Source of the DNA: a virus
Virus record (IMG/VR): IMGVR_UViG_3300045919_000631
Location: 1-64,000 of that record
Strand: one strand, 5' to 3'
Length of the DNA: 64,000 nt
Shown: positions 44,440-56,027 of the stretch, piece after piece
Position numbering within the stretch: the stretch's first letter is position 1
How the letters are laid out: each line of letters starts with the position of its first letter
Notes under the pieces: model-generated
Seen by the model: the letters and a program-made list of their open reading frames with translations, nothing else
What the model was told of the DNA's origin: nothing
The model's database searches: none
Made by a program: the position numbers and the translations under genes

Positions 44440-45085
44440 AATTTACGATTATAATAACTCCGTATTAACTGCAGCGTCTGGTTATTCCGTGCAATTTAAC
44501 ACTTTTAAATTTTCAACAGACTTCACTTCTATTACAGCGGGTATATCCGATAAAAAAGTTGTTTGGAATTTTGGTGATGGTACAACCTCAGCTGAGTTAA
44601 CAGCTACGCACTGGTATAAATATCCTGGGACTTATCTCGTTCAGCTAAATCTTTTTGATCAGTTTGGGCAAGGTACTCAAAATTCTTATGTAAGCTCAAT
44701 AGCAATATATAATTATATACCCGATACTATTATTATATCATCAACTGTGCAGCCAATTTTAACAAGCGGTGAAGCTGTTACTCAATTATTTTTAACAAGA
44801 TATAACTCTTGGCAAATGTCATCAAGTGCTGAAAACACTGTAATAAATTTGACAGTATCAGGCAATCAATCACCTTTTTATAGTGCATCGGCATATAATT
44901 CAGATAAATTTGCTCACCTAAAATCATCGAGTCGATTTGCTTTAAGTTCTACGTTTGGACTAACTGTAGTCGATCAAGTATCCACAACTAACAATCCGAT
45001 ATTTTTACTAGTTAATGGAACTAATTATTTGGTAGGCACGAGCGGTGTGAGCTCATTTTATTACATTGAAGATTCAAAGATATAG
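44420..45085 (+). CDS. PKD-domain structural protein
   Basis: WNFGDGT...HWYKYPGTYLVQL; TATAAATA at 44407-44414. Confidence 0.85.
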   Translation: MISVPFTIYDYNNSVLTAASGYSVQFNTFKFSTDFTSITAGISDKKVVWNFGDGTTSAELTATHWYKYPGTYLVQLNLFDQFGQGTQNSYVSSIAIYNYIPDTIIISSTVQPILTSGEAVTQLFLTRYNSWQMSSSAENTVINLTVSGNQSPFYSASAYNSDKFAHLKSSSRFALSSTFGLTVVDQVSTTNNPIFLLVNGTNYLVGTSGVSSFYYIEDSKI

Positions 45086-45099
45086 ACTATAATAAAGAA

Positions 45100-45798
45100 A
45101 TGGTAATTTTTGATCCCACTAACCACACATATAAAAATCCAGAAAGTGGTGAGTTTTATAAGTCAGTTTCAACTCTTTTATCTCAATACAAGAAGCCATT
45201 TGATGCAAAGTTTTTTTCGAAGATAGTCGCTAAGAGAGAAGGCGTTTCACAGCAAGCTATTTTAGATAAATGGGATAAAAATACTCAAGAAGCGTGCATA
45301 AAGGGTAAAGATATTCACAGCATTATTGAAGGTTACATAAAAAATGACGCTTATGATATTGAAAACTTATCTTTGATAGACGAGTTTAAAAAAGTTTTTA
45401 ACAAGGAAGAATTTAAAGTTTTTCATAGTGAGAAAATCTTGTTCAGTGACGAACATAAAGTAGCCGGCACTTCAGATTGTATTGCTGATAACATAAAAGG
45501 TAATACTTTTGATGTTTACGATTTTAAAACAAATAAAAATTTCCAATTCTTTAATAAATATAATGAGTACCTCTTAAAACCTCTAGAACATTTACAGAAT
45601 TGTCATTTCAATGTCTACGCTTTGCAACTATCACTATACGCTTTTTTATATAGTAAAATGTCTGGTAAATCTGTTCGAAAATTAGCACTTTATTACTATG
45701 ATGACACTAAGTTCAACTATATTAATGTCCCGTACATGCGTTGGGATATTGCTGTTTTATTAAAACATTATGGATCCAATCATCCTGAAAAAAGTTAA
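45100..45798 (+). CDS. PD-(D/E)xK exonuclease
   Basis: SVSTLL, GKDIH, AGTSD, DFKTNK, YALQLSLY. Confidence 0.88.
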   Translation: MVIFDPTNHTYKNPESGEFYKSVSTLLSQYKKPFDAKFFSKIVAKREGVSQQAILDKWDKNTQEACIKGKDIHSIIEGYIKNDAYDIENLSLIDEFKKVFNKEEFKVFHSEKILFSDEHKVAGTSDCIADNIKGNTFDVYDFKTNKNFQFFNKYNEYLLKPLEHLQNCHFNVYALQLSLYAFLYSKMSGKSVRKLALYYYDDTKFNYINVPYMRWDIAVLLKHYGSNHPEKS

Positions 45799-46036
45799 GA
45801 CGCTTTTGATGACTTGCACTGCTGATAATTGCAGCAGCGTTAAAAGCAAATTGATGACAATATTAAAACCAACTGAGGCTGACTTAATGTATATTCATTT
45901 TTTGGATATTGAGCCTCATTTCATCAAAGAAACCTGCAAGATACCTGCATCTCAGGTAATTCCTCAATTTAACGATTACTTTCAATCGAGCAATCCTGTG
46001 ACATATTTGTATGTTGATGACTACTTAGAGACCTGA
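45770..46036 (+). CDS. hypothetical protein
   Basis: 88-aa ORF. Confidence 0.5.
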   Translation: MDPIILKKVKTLLMTCTADNCSSVKSKLMTILKPTEADLMYIHFLDIEPHFIKETCKIPASQVIPQFNDYFQSSNPVTYLYVDDYLET

Positions 46037-46056
46037 TAACGTAATTAAATAATCTT

Positions 46057-49000
46057 GTGCTATCAGGGTTAAATACATTAAGTCCAGTATCATTTAATTA
46101 CAATAACGACAGCGATTTATCTGTAAATCAGACGCCTTTTGCTACACAACAGGGGCTTAATCTCAATTTTGTAAGCCTTTTAAGTTCGTGTCGAGACGAA
46201 GCTGTGTTAAATTATTCAAACACATTTTTATCCGACTTAATTGATATAAACGATTGCATGCAAATTGCAGCAAAGCAATCTATCCCCTTACGGTTTTCGA
46301 CATATTTTGCATTTAACTCTTACCCATCAATTAATATAGCATCAAGCTATTTGCAAATTATTTCAAATCCTGGCAATATCTCAGCTTTAACGTTTGTCAA
46401 CACGTTATGCGACTCATTAAATTCATATTTTGTATTTAGCGACGTTGATGGTATATCTTGCAAAATAAGCACAATAGATAACTCTATTACTAAGTTTTTG
46501 ACTGTCGACCCAGCAACAAGTGCTTGCATTTTTTCCGTTGAAACATCAGCAATAACAGCTATTAGTTCTAATCGATTTGAGTATGCATTAGATAATAGTG
46601 GATTCTTAAAACTTTTTTATAGAGGTGCTGGGACTCTTTGCACTGTATCTAAAGTTAATAACAGTCTTAGCGCTGTGCCCATTGCTGTTATAAATCCGTT
46701 TAGTACAATTCTTACAACTTCATATAAACCAGTAACGCCTCCAAATATAAGAAATAACTTTGTTTATTATGATGGGATTAAAAACTTTAAAGTAAATTCT
46801 GCAAAATCAATTTCAACTCAACAGAATTACGCCGCGCATTACGAGCATGAGAGCCAGAGTAATTTTCAAAATAGTGTGTCAGCTGGTATCGATTTTTTTA
46901 AATTAAAAAACACTCTAAGCGATAATTATTGGATTAATGATACTTTGCCTTTTGATAAAAAAACAGTTCAAAGAAGATACTCAAACATTTTATCAAAGCA
47001 AAATAGTGAAAAATTTGCGGCGGATTTGCAATTTAACTACGCTTACTACACAAAAGAGTATTATTTTGCTCCAGATATAACAACTAAATTTACTTTACCT
47101 GACTCCTTATACCCATACCTGAATATTAATATTAATGATAGCAGCCTTGCATTGGCAGGATCATATGGTGGTATGTCTCCTGTATTTTCTGATAAAATTT
47201 TTAAGCAAAATGATGTCAATTTAAACTTGACAGATTTTAATAATTCAAACGGTCTGTATTTATTTTCATGGTTATATACAAGCAGTAATCAGCTCACCTC
47301 ATATTGGGTTGATAGATATTATTACCCAAAAAGCACCTCACTGACAAATGCTTACACAGGTGCTTCATATCAAATTTTCTCTTACGTATCTGATTTATCT
47401 GCATATTTGTCTCTCAATAGTGTAAGCAATTTTCTATACTATGATATTAAGAGTTCGCAGGTATTAGAGCCTCTGGCAACTTATTATTATTCAAGAATAG
47501 GATCAAATTACATCGAAAAGGTAGTTAGTAAATTTGCAACTGCCTTAAGTTCGTTAGATTCAAGTTACTTCACGATTAGTAACCCAAGTAACGCGTTCTC
47601 GGTTGCATTTAACTTAAATTGCGACCGTATCAGCAACGTTAAGACACCTTTATTAGTTGGTAATAACTTTGATGAAGGAGTTAGTGTATATAAAGGCGGA
47701 ACTGAAAACATTTTCACTCCAGGCTATTTTATATCAACTGATAAGCTTATTAATTTTTATGATATTGATGATGCCTTAACGTTTACATTAAACTTAAGCA
47801 CATATGTTGGTAGCTCCGTAAAGATATTGGATGTAGTAAATACTGGATTTGACCATCCACAGAAAGTGTTTTATGTTAATACAGCAAATAGCTATCCAGG
47901 ATTTATTGATTTTAGTCTTGATGGTAAAGTACTAAACAAAGTCGAGTTTTCAAACCTTGCTAATAAATTTGATGCAGGTATAAGTGGAAAAACGTATATC
48001 GGTAATGCCAATATAATTTACTACAACACAAATGGAGCACTTACTAGCGCTTATAATTTTGATTATATCAATAATACTCACGATTTAGGTACAGTATATG
48101 CTAACCCAAGCGGTTGCTTTGTATCTTTTAACAGCTCTCTTTGCGCGTTATCAGGCACACACGGTGTTGTTTTTGGTAAATATGGTGTATCTAAAGCAAA
48201 TAACGTGATTTATTTTAGAAATTTAGCAACAGGTATATATTCTGAATACGTTGCTTTAAGTACATCAAATGCTGTATTTGACTTACAGTCTTATAACAAC
48301 TTGTTGTATGTGCAAACTAATACAAAAGTATCAGCTATTGATTCTCTTAAAAACGTTGTAAGCACGTTTTATCTAAACACGAGTGCTGTATCTGGGCTTG
48401 CAATTGATTTTATTAACAAAGATTTTTCTACAAAATTGCTAAGCTATTCTGTAGATATTAGTGGTCGCATTATTGTCGATACGTTTAATATTGATACCAC
48501 AAAATTGGAGTCAACGTTTGCAACTAACTTAACTGCAATCTCTTCACAGTATCAAGAGATTGCAAATAATATCAACACACAATTATTCACTCCAGTAAAT
48601 TTCACAACTATTAATAGCATTAATAAATTTGATACTAATGATATCATTGTGCGTGCTGATTTATTTTCTGGAAATAATTACAAGAATAAAACAACTCAAA
48701 TAATTGGAAGCAGTATGACCAGCAATCAGCGTTTATTACTATCATTTGACCCGACAAATGGTATAATAAAATTGTATATTGATGGTGTGCTCACTAATTT
48801 TGCTTCAATTTCAGCTAATACATTTTTGAATAGTTACTTTCTTGCAAATACTTTCGGAGTTGGTGTACCATACATTGGAAATATACCAGTGACTAGTTTA
48901 ATTGCTTCTTGTAGTTGTGCTCCTATGGACTATCAATTAGCAAATTTTAAAGTGTATAACAATGCTTTAACTGATGATGAAGCAAAATTTGACTCACTAT

Positions 49001-49254
49001 TGAATAAGCGTATTCAAGGCATAAATTTTGACGTACCACAAGGCACGCGCAATAATACAGATTCTATAGCATCATTTAATAAATTCTTAATACCAGGCCG
49101 CAAAAATAACAACATAAAAGTGTATATCAAAAATTTGAATCTTAGTCAAGCATCGCAATTACAGCTTATCTCTCTTTTACAGAGCAAGTTAGTTGATGTT
49201 TTACCAGCTAATACCAATAACGTAGAGTTTGATTTTTCAATAAACAATGAGTGA
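46057..49254 (+). CDS. large structural protein with LamG-like C-terminus
   Basis: IKLYIDG, FKVYNNALT; late promoter. Confidence 0.7.
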   Translation: MLSGLNTLSPVSFNYNNDSDLSVNQTPFATQQGLNLNFVSLLSSCRDEAVLNYSNTFLSDLIDINDCMQIAAKQSIPLRFSTYFAFNSYPSINIASSYLQIISNPGNISALTFVNTLCDSLNSYFVFSDVDGISCKISTIDNSITKFLTVDPATSACIFSVETSAITAISSNRFEYALDNSGFLKLFYRGAGTLCTVSKVNNSLSAVPIAVINPFSTILTTSYKPVTPPNIRNNFVYYDGIKNFKVNSAKSISTQQNYAAHYEHESQSNFQNSVSAGIDFFKLKNTLSDNYWINDTLPFDKKTVQRRYSNILSKQNSEKFAADLQFNYAYYTKEYYFAPDITTKFTLPDSLYPYLNININDSSLALAGSYGGMSPVFSDKIFKQNDVNLNLTDFNNSNGLYLFSWLYTSSNQLTSYWVDRYYYPKSTSLTNAYTGASYQIFSYVSDLSAYLSLNSVSNFLYYDIKSSQVLEPLATYYYSRIGSNYIEKVVSKFATALSSLDSSYFTISNPSNAFSVAFNLNCDRISNVKTPLLVGNNFDEGVSVYKGGTENIFTPGYFISTDKLINFYDIDDALTFTLNLSTYVGSSVKILDVVNTGFDHPQKVFYVNTANSYPGFIDFSLDGKVLNKVEFSNLANKFDAGISGKTYIGNANIIYYNTNGALTSAYNFDYINNTHDLGTVYANPSGCFVSFNSSLCALSGTHGVVFGKYGVSKANNVIYFRNLATGIYSEYVALSTSNAVFDLQSYNNLLYVQTNTKVSAIDSLKNVVSTFYLNTSAVSGLAIDFINKDFSTKLLSYSVDISGRIIVDTFNIDTTKLESTFATNLTAISSQYQEIANNINTQLFTPVNFTTINSINKFDTNDIIVRADLFSGNNYKNKTTQIIGSSMTSNQRLLLSFDPTNGIIKLYIDGVLTNFASISANTFLNSYFLANTFGVGVPYIGNIPVTSLIASCSCAPMDYQLANFKVYNNALTDDEAKFDSLLNKRIQGINFDVPQGTRNNTDSIASFNKFLIPGRKNNNIKVYIKNLNLSQASQLQLISLLQSKLVDVLPANTNNVEFDFSINNE

Positions 49255-50704
49255 TATAAAAAAATATGAATTCAGTGACGGTTCTCTGTTTACGTTAACG
49301 GGCTCTAATTATATTGGGTACTTTAATATAACTGATAATGTTGCGTACGCTGGCAAATACACTCAAGATGTTGCATTAGCTAACAAAAGCAATGTTAAAA
49401 CAGCAGTGACAATTTCTGATAAGTTTTTTAATAGATTAATCAATCAAAACATATCCTTGTCGTATAGCTTATCTGATTTTGTCTTTTATCCTGGAGAACT
49501 TCTTAACAAAAACTCAATCAATGTTAAATTAGAATATGCTTTCGAAAATTTTATTGATGTATACAGAGCCTGTTTTATGGCTTCATCAAATTTACCTTAT
49601 AGTTTTCAAAATTTTGCAGCTTTATCGTCAACAAGTGGTGGACTTAGTATTGTTTGGGCAAACTCCGCAACGAGTTTTGCAGCAGGATTTTCCGCCTTAA
49701 GTGCTTTATATCCACAAATTCAATCATCTAGCCGTATTTGCTACGCTCCTAACAAATACTCAACAAATAAGACTCTAATTGTTGCAAATTCAGCATCACT
49801 TCATGTTTTTAAAGTTAATCAAAGCCAAAACACTTTCACGTTCGTATTTTCTTCAGCGTTTGTCGCAACTAATAATAGTCTTGACTATAATCAACTAACG
49901 TTTAAAAATATCACAAGCATAGCCCGTGATGGAAATTCTTTTTACGTTTGCGATGCTGGCAATGCAATTGTATATGCTTATGATATTTCTGATGTCTTAG
50001 CTGAAGACCGTGCACTTGGCAAACAATTTAATCTCAAAAATTCAATAAATCATAACGCTTTGCTTATTCAGCCAACTATAGTTGAAGCATCAGAAAATTA
50101 TGTGTTTGTGTATGATAGCTCTTCTAATTTAGTTTATTTTTATGATGCTAATTTTAATCATATTAATACGTATCGAAATTCAAAGTTTTTTAGCAAACAT
50201 CCTGTTGTAGATTTGACTTACTATAAGCCATATAATCAACTATTTGCACTTACTCAAGATTTCAATATTGCTAAGATCAATCTAGATACAAGCTCAACAA
50301 TTGTTGCTCTTAATACTGCCTATACCGTATCCGGAGAGCTTGCTAAAAAGATTATATTTTCAAACTCTAATTCAGATGTGTTTTACTTGATGACGAACTC
50401 GTCTTTATATAAAAAGTTTGTATCAAACCCAGAACCAAACATCGGGTCTTTCTTTTTTAATTACAAATACGACACTGATCAAACTGCTGTATATTGGGAT
50501 ACATATTCTGTTAATTGGAGCGCGGCTAATATTAACTGGGATTACGGTCCAAAATCGGCATCTTTTAGTTCAGCCTCAGCAGTAAATATATACGACATTG
50601 ATACCTTCAATTCTGATTTAAGTTCTGATGATATCATGCTATATGCATTCAATTCATTTTTGAACTATAATGAGATTACAGTATTTAACTCAATTTTAAA
50701 ATAA
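49247..50704 (+). CDS. structural protein, beta-propeller-like
   Basis: FYVCDAGN / VFVYDSSS NHL-like blades. Confidence 0.65.
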   Translation: MSDIKKYEFSDGSLFTLTGSNYIGYFNITDNVAYAGKYTQDVALANKSNVKTAVTISDKFFNRLINQNISLSYSLSDFVFYPGELLNKNSINVKLEYAFENFIDVYRACFMASSNLPYSFQNFAALSSTSGGLSIVWANSATSFAAGFSALSALYPQIQSSSRICYAPNKYSTNKTLIVANSASLHVFKVNQSQNTFTFVFSSAFVATNNSLDYNQLTFKNITSIARDGNSFYVCDAGNAIVYAYDISDVLAEDRALGKQFNLKNSINHNALLIQPTIVEASENYVFVYDSSSNLVYFYDANFNHINTYRNSKFFSKHPVVDLTYYKPYNQLFALTQDFNIAKINLDTSSTIVALNTAYTVSGELAKKIIFSNSNSDVFYLMTNSSLYKKFVSNPEPNIGSFFFNYKYDTDQTAVYWDTYSVNWSAANINWDYGPKSASFSSASAVNIYDIDTFNSDLSSDDIMLYAFNSFLNYNEITVFNSILK

Positions 50705-51144
50705 TGGCTGACGTTTTTACAGTTCCAACAAACACCTCAACAGTAAATTTCGATATTTACCCGAGAACATCTGTTCAAATATCTAATTCAACAGACACAA
50801 GTGATGAGTATGTTAATACGGTTATTATTAATAAATCTCTTGCAAAGCTTTTATTGAATTATTCAGTGCTTATATCATATTTTAACTATAAATTTACTGG
50901 TATATATACTCCTGGGACTGTGATTGTATCATCAGATATTAAGCCGTTATCTACACCACAAAAGCTGTCAATTGCAACAATAATAGATGATAATTTCTTT
51001 GTGGGGATAAATGAAAAAACAGCTCCGCAAGTATTAACAAGAATATTTTCATCTCTGTTACAAGCTAACTCAGCAATATTACAACAAACAAACATCGAGA
51101 TATCAAATCTCGATGATGCACTGAAAGTCGTTACAGCACTATAA
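50704..51144 (+). CDS. hypothetical structural protein
   Basis: 146-aa ORF in late operon. Confidence 0.6.
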   Translation: MADVFTVPTNTSTVNFDIYPRTSVQISNSTDTSDEYVNTVIINKSLAKLLLNYSVLISYFNYKFTGIYTPGTVIVSSDIKPLSTPQKLSIATIIDDNFFVGINEKTAPQVLTRIFSSLLQANSAILQQTNIEISNLDDALKVVTAL

Positions 51145-51159
51145 AGAATAAATAATTTT

Positions 51160-51816
51160 ATGGCTCTTCCTAATTTAGCAGGTAATGCAATTAACACTTC
51201 ATATGTTGGTGTATTGCACGTTAATGGTGCTAGTCCTTCAGCAATACCAGCTAGTGGCGTCACTGTTGTTTCTGATGGTAATGGTAATTCAAGCTCTCTC
51301 AGTGTTGGTCGAGCTGGTAACGGAGCGACCGTAACCGGGACATTTATTGCAAACGGCTTAACATTTCCAGGATCTGGTGGTGGTGTAACAACTTTAGTTG
51401 ATCTAATTTATCCGGTTGGTTCTATATACCTATCAGTGGCAGCAACAAATCCAGGAACGTATTTTACTGGCACGACATGGATTGCTATCGCGCAAGGTAA
51501 AATGTTAATGGGCACAGGAACTGGCACAGATAAAAACGGCAACACTTTTACGGGATTGTCTGGTGATGATGTGTTAACTGGTGAATATACTCATCAATTA
51601 ACGACAGGTGAAATGCCTGCTCACTCACATCAATTGAACACATTAGGTTTAGGGCAAGCAGATGGTAATACAACAAATGCGGATCAGGGTGTTCTTTTTA
51701 ATTCTATTGGCATTTCGGGGGCTTCATCCAATTCAACAGGATCTGCTGGTGGTGCACTTGCTCACAATAATATTCCACCATATTTTGGCGTTAATATCTG
51801 GCAACGAACAGCATGA
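51160..51816 (+). CDS. baseplate/short-fibre protein (gp10 C-terminal/collar-like)
   Basis: IYPVGSIYLSV, GEYTHQLTTGEMPAHSH, HNNIPPY..IWQRTA. Confidence 0.85.
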   Translation: MALPNLAGNAINTSYVGVLHVNGASPSAIPASGVTVVSDGNGNSSSLSVGRAGNGATVTGTFIANGLTFPGSGGGVTTLVDLIYPVGSIYLSVAATNPGTYFTGTTWIAIAQGKMLMGTGTGTDKNGNTFTGLSGDDVLTGEYTHQLTTGEMPAHSHQLNTLGLGQADGNTTNADQGVLFNSIGISGASSNSTGSAGGALAHNNIPPYFGVNIWQRTA

Positions 51817-53180
51817 GCTACAATGTTATCATTTTTGCATCATTTCCTTCAACTATATTTGTCGACCCTCAGCAAGAGCTCGCCAATTATGGTAGCGTAA
51901 GCCATTATTTTAATTTACAACCAGCGTTTCAGACGGCAACAATTGTGCCGCATAATGTAGCATCCATAACATCGCTAAATATAACGAGCAACGGTGTTGA
52001 TGACGGTAACTTTGATATTTTTCCTATAAAATATGCAAATGAAGATATTAACTTTGTTGTAAAACTTAAAGATATCAAAGGCTTTGATGTAAAGGACTAT
52101 AAATTGCTGCCTTTAAGTAGTTTTACTTTTTCTCTTAGTTCTTCCGTAGGTGCAAATCTTTCGTCTGCATCTTTTCAGAACAATATTGGAACCTTAAGCT
52201 CGTTAACGCAGGGTGGTTTCTTCAAAGGTCTACTTACATGTCCAGTCACTGCAAATAACGTTAAGATAAAAGCTATCTACAATGACGGAATTATTAATTT
52301 AACTGGATCATCAGCTACATTTTCAATTTATAGTAGTGGCGGCCTTTATCAGCTGCGGAAAGTTAATGAAGATTTTGATCAAGCTAACGCTTTTAAGTAT
52401 TTAGCCACACAGCCTGCGTTAATTGATAGACCTATGCTAATGGATCAGTTTCTCGGTCAAATAGTTGGCACTGCGACTGCTAATCCAAATACACTTGGTA
52501 TTGAGGTGTATGAAAAAATTTCAAACTTTGTATCTAACTTAGAAGATATTGAGTATTGCAATGTTGATGCATTGAAGTCATTGCTTGATTCAGTTAATGT
52601 CCCTTATGAAAACTTTGATTATGATTTACCGCCAAGTTTTAAACGCTTAGTTGATATATTATCTGTTAAGCACAAGCTAATATTTGGGCAATCAAATCAA
52701 TATCAAGGCAATTACAATCCAAAAGGGTTTGTTAATAGCGCGATATATGGATTAAACAGAGGCACTCAGTTAAATATCAATAGCGCAATTTTATCTAGTG
52801 GAAGTCTTGCACAGTATATTTTAACTCATGAAAAATTTAGTGACACATATAACCTCGTTAGTACAGACCTTACAGGTATTTCTGGGGTACCATATATTCA
52901 CGATACTGCCTATCCTCTCAGCGCTGTCTCTACTAATTGGGGCTGGTCCTTGGTACTTCCCGGAACTGTATCCGGAACAGGAGTGTCAAAATACTACGAC
53001 TTCTACAAATATACCCCAGCTGTAGAGGGAACACTTCTGCAGAAATTTCTAGATTTTGATAATAGCAATAACACTCTGTTACAAACAAACAGCACAATTA
53101 ACGAGTTCACCAGACAAGGTGGTATTATAGACAACGTTTTGCTGCATAACATATACACAAACCTTGAAATATTGTCTTAA
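51813..53180 (+). CDS. hypothetical baseplate-region protein
   Basis: 455-aa ORF in late operon. Confidence 0.65.
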   Translation: MSYNVIIFASFPSTIFVDPQQELANYGSVSHYFNLQPAFQTATIVPHNVASITSLNITSNGVDDGNFDIFPIKYANEDINFVVKLKDIKGFDVKDYKLLPLSSFTFSLSSSVGANLSSASFQNNIGTLSSLTQGGFFKGLLTCPVTANNVKIKAIYNDGIINLTGSSATFSIYSSGGLYQLRKVNEDFDQANAFKYLATQPALIDRPMLMDQFLGQIVGTATANPNTLGIEVYEKISNFVSNLEDIEYCNVDALKSLLDSVNVPYENFDYDLPPSFKRLVDILSVKHKLIFGQSNQYQGNYNPKGFVNSAIYGLNRGTQLNINSAILSSGSLAQYILTHEKFSDTYNLVSTDLTGISGVPYIHDTAYPLSAVSTNWGWSLVLPGTVSGTGVSKYYDFYKYTPAVEGTLLQKFLDFDNSNNTLLQTNSTINEFTRQGGIIDNVLLHNIYTNLEILS

Positions 53181-53188
53181 ATATTGTA

Positions 53189-55555
53189 ATGCTACTCACA
53201 TCAAATAGATACTCAATCATTACTGTGCTTAATAGTGTAACAAACACTATTAATGATGATAAGTTTGATGCAAGAGTTCCTTTTTCATTTTTAGAGTTTC
53301 TTAACTACTCTAAAGCGCTAGATAACCACTTGATAAATCTGTCTGATTATCAAGATTACCTCAAAAAATGGAACGGGGTTACTAATAATACGCAAAATGA
53401 TTTACCGACACAAGTGCGTGAGCAGTTTATTGTTTTTTTAAAAACTGTCGCACTTAACTACACAACTTCGGAAGAAAAGAGATATCTATCAAATATTGAT
53501 TACTCATCAAATGATGATCTTGAGATTGCTACCCCGTTCTTTGTTAACAAAGTAAAACAAGTAATTTTGTATTTTGCTGATAAACGAGATACTTTTAAAC
53601 AAACTCTAGCTATTGCAGCAAATAAAGGAACCAATCACGGAACTGAAGAGTTTATTCGAGCATTTATTATTGATAATTTTATCGGTAATGAAAGTTCAAC
53701 GCAATTTACAACTACAGATTCTACATCAGCAATTACTTCAAAACTGCATATTGAGATTGAGGAAGGGTATGATATCAATAATGATTATTTTGATTTAGAT
53801 CCGTATGAGGCACCAGCTTTTTATAATGCAGAGAATGATAGATCTGCGTATTTTTCGTCGAATACTAATAGCATTGACCCGGAAATTTTTCTTAATGGAG
53901 ATCAAGCCATAATCAACCTCATAAATTATGAACAAGTTATCCTTGATAGTATACCAACTTTAGCTGTATTAATAAACACTCCTGATCTAACGTTGCTTGA
54001 AAATAGCGACTTCATAGACTATTCTAATCATACTAGATCAAATATTAAACTGCTACTAACAGCAAAACTCATACAAAAATTTGTTGGCACTGATTTTTAC
54101 TATCTTAGCACAAACACATTTGGCGAAACTTTGAGTGGACGTTTATTTGAAGCAACCTCACCGTACGCAAATTTATTAAACTTACATTATCCATCAACAT
54201 TAACAGTTCCTGCAAGTGCTACTTTATATGACCGTGATGTGGGTTTATTTTATCGGCCTTCTATTCAGAACATTTATTCACTGCAGACCCCGTTTTCATA
54301 TTCACTAAAATCATCTTTATGTGCTAACAGTGTGTACGTGTTTCCGGACCCTTCGAAATATGGAAACGTTTCTGGGGTTAGTAAGACTACGTTCAATTCA
54401 CCGTTTTTATACGAACAGCATGGTGAGGATATTCAAAGAAATATTTCTTCAAATAACGCTTATGGCCACTCGTTTGTGACTAATAACAATACAACTTTTG
54501 AAAGTTATAACTCAAGAGAACAAAACAAATTTAAGAGTGTGGCAAACAAGCTATATAATTCAGGAATAGCTACTACAAATGTTTCTGACCCTTTTGGTAA
54601 TGTTATTGTAGGTTTTAAGCAGCAGAATACTCTATTCATTAATAATTGGACCAATAACGTTAGTCTATCTTCTTGGGGCCTTGGGCTTTCTGCGTTAAAT
54701 ACAATTCCTTATACGAGTAATATCAAAACTGCAAACACCCTGCCGTTTTTAAATACATCTACAGCTCCGAGTAATATACAGGGATTAGCAACTCCATTAT
54801 CTATATACGATGAGCGTGAAACAAATGGTGATTTTTACGTTTTTAATGCTTTATCGAGTCAATTTACTTCTCTCACTGCTGCTTTTAGTGATGTTCTAAC
54901 AAAATATCCTACAGAGTCTAATTATATTAGATATGCATTACATAATGTTGAAATATATGATTCTACTTATGTATTCACTACATTTGCTTATAAGCTTATA
55001 GATCGCATAGATTTTGATGGACAATTTAAAAAATCTCCGAGTGTTCCACTTAGTTTACATGTGTATAGCAATCATTTAGCAAGTAACGTGTTTAATGTTA
55101 GTAAAACTCTCAACGTAGCGACCTATACACTAGTTGATAATGTTTCAGCACAATATAACAACCGTCAATTTACTTTATCATTTTATCAATACGACACAAG
55201 GCTTAATACTTGGAAGCAGTTGACATTTTTATCAAGTAATGTTTTTCAATATGCTGTTAACTCTAAATTAGACGCAAATAATTTAAAGCTATCATATAAC
55301 AGCCGTCAAGATGTGTATAATATTATTGTCGATTTAAAGGATTTAAATAGAAATATTTTTATACATAACTTGGTTTTAAAGATTGCTAACGGTCGTGTTG
55401 AGATAACAAAAGATATCCTATATGCTTGCACAAATAATAACTGCACGATTAATTTTTATGATGGCAGCAATAGCATTCAAAACGTTAATATTTTATCAAA
55501 CGCTTTATCTAGCATACCGTACATAAGTACTTCAAATGGCACTTACCAATTTTAA
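53189..55555 (+). CDS. hypothetical baseplate-region protein
   Basis: 788-aa ORF, TAAATA upstream. Confidence 0.65.
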   Translation: MLLTSNRYSIITVLNSVTNTINDDKFDARVPFSFLEFLNYSKALDNHLINLSDYQDYLKKWNGVTNNTQNDLPTQVREQFIVFLKTVALNYTTSEEKRYLSNIDYSSNDDLEIATPFFVNKVKQVILYFADKRDTFKQTLAIAANKGTNHGTEEFIRAFIIDNFIGNESSTQFTTTDSTSAITSKLHIEIEEGYDINNDYFDLDPYEAPAFYNAENDRSAYFSSNTNSIDPEIFLNGDQAIINLINYEQVILDSIPTLAVLINTPDLTLLENSDFIDYSNHTRSNIKLLLTAKLIQKFVGTDFYYLSTNTFGETLSGRLFEATSPYANLLNLHYPSTLTVPASATLYDRDVGLFYRPSIQNIYSLQTPFSYSLKSSLCANSVYVFPDPSKYGNVSGVSKTTFNSPFLYEQHGEDIQRNISSNNAYGHSFVTNNNTTFESYNSREQNKFKSVANKLYNSGIATTNVSDPFGNVIVGFKQQNTLFINNWTNNVSLSSWGLGLSALNTIPYTSNIKTANTLPFLNTSTAPSNIQGLATPLSIYDERETNGDFYVFNALSSQFTSLTAAFSDVLTKYPTESNYIRYALHNVEIYDSTYVFTTFAYKLIDRIDFDGQFKKSPSVPLSLHVYSNHLASNVFNVSKTLNVATYTLVDNVSAQYNNRQFTLSFYQYDTRLNTWKQLTFLSSNVFQYAVNSKLDANNLKLSYNSRQDVYNIIVDLKDLNRNIFIHNLVLKIANGRVEITKDILYACTNNNCTINFYDGSNSIQNVNILSNALSSIPYISTSNGTYQF

Positions 55556-56027
55556 TACTCTCATCTTAACGTTGTCTTCAACACCTCCAGTTGCAAACAC
55601 TAATGCTATGTTTGTTTTATCTGCTGCAATTCAAGGAATAACTCAGGTTCAACTCAATTACAATCTATTAAGTGCTTTTTCTTCTAAGATGTACAAAACA
55701 ACTTTAAATTGGACCTCAAGCGCAACAGCGGCGGTTAACGCGTCTTATGATAACTCAACTTTGCTTCCTTTTAATTCAGCATATACCAGCTACGTATATT
55801 CTCCATCAACGTCAGGTATAACAACAAAGCAAGCTGCGTTCAGTGTTTACTTTGAAAATGGTGCTATTCACACTTTTCGCGTTGGTCTCTTTATTTTAGG
55901 TGATAGCTTAATTGATCTTGACTTGAATGTCTTGAATGTTCAGAATATTGCTCAGCTTGGCTACAGCGTATTAAACGTCCAATCCAATAAACAAAACGTT
56001 GTTTTTAACGTATCCGATTTACGCTAA
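55536..56027 (+). CDS. hypothetical structural protein
   Basis: 163-aa ORF. Confidence 0.6.
   Translation: MALTNFNTLILTLSSTPPVANTNAMFVLSAAIQGITQVQLNYNLLSAFSSKMYKTTLNWTSSATAAVNASYDNSTLLPFNSAYTSYVYSPSTSGITTKQAAFSVYFENGAIHTFRVGLFILGDSLIDLDLNVLNVQNIAQLGYSVLNVQSNKQNVVFNVSDLR

Noticed and set aside
45100-45798. Cas4-like nuclease as part of a CRISPR system
   Set aside because: No array or other cas genes, and no clear Fe-S cysteine set; a common phage exonuclease.
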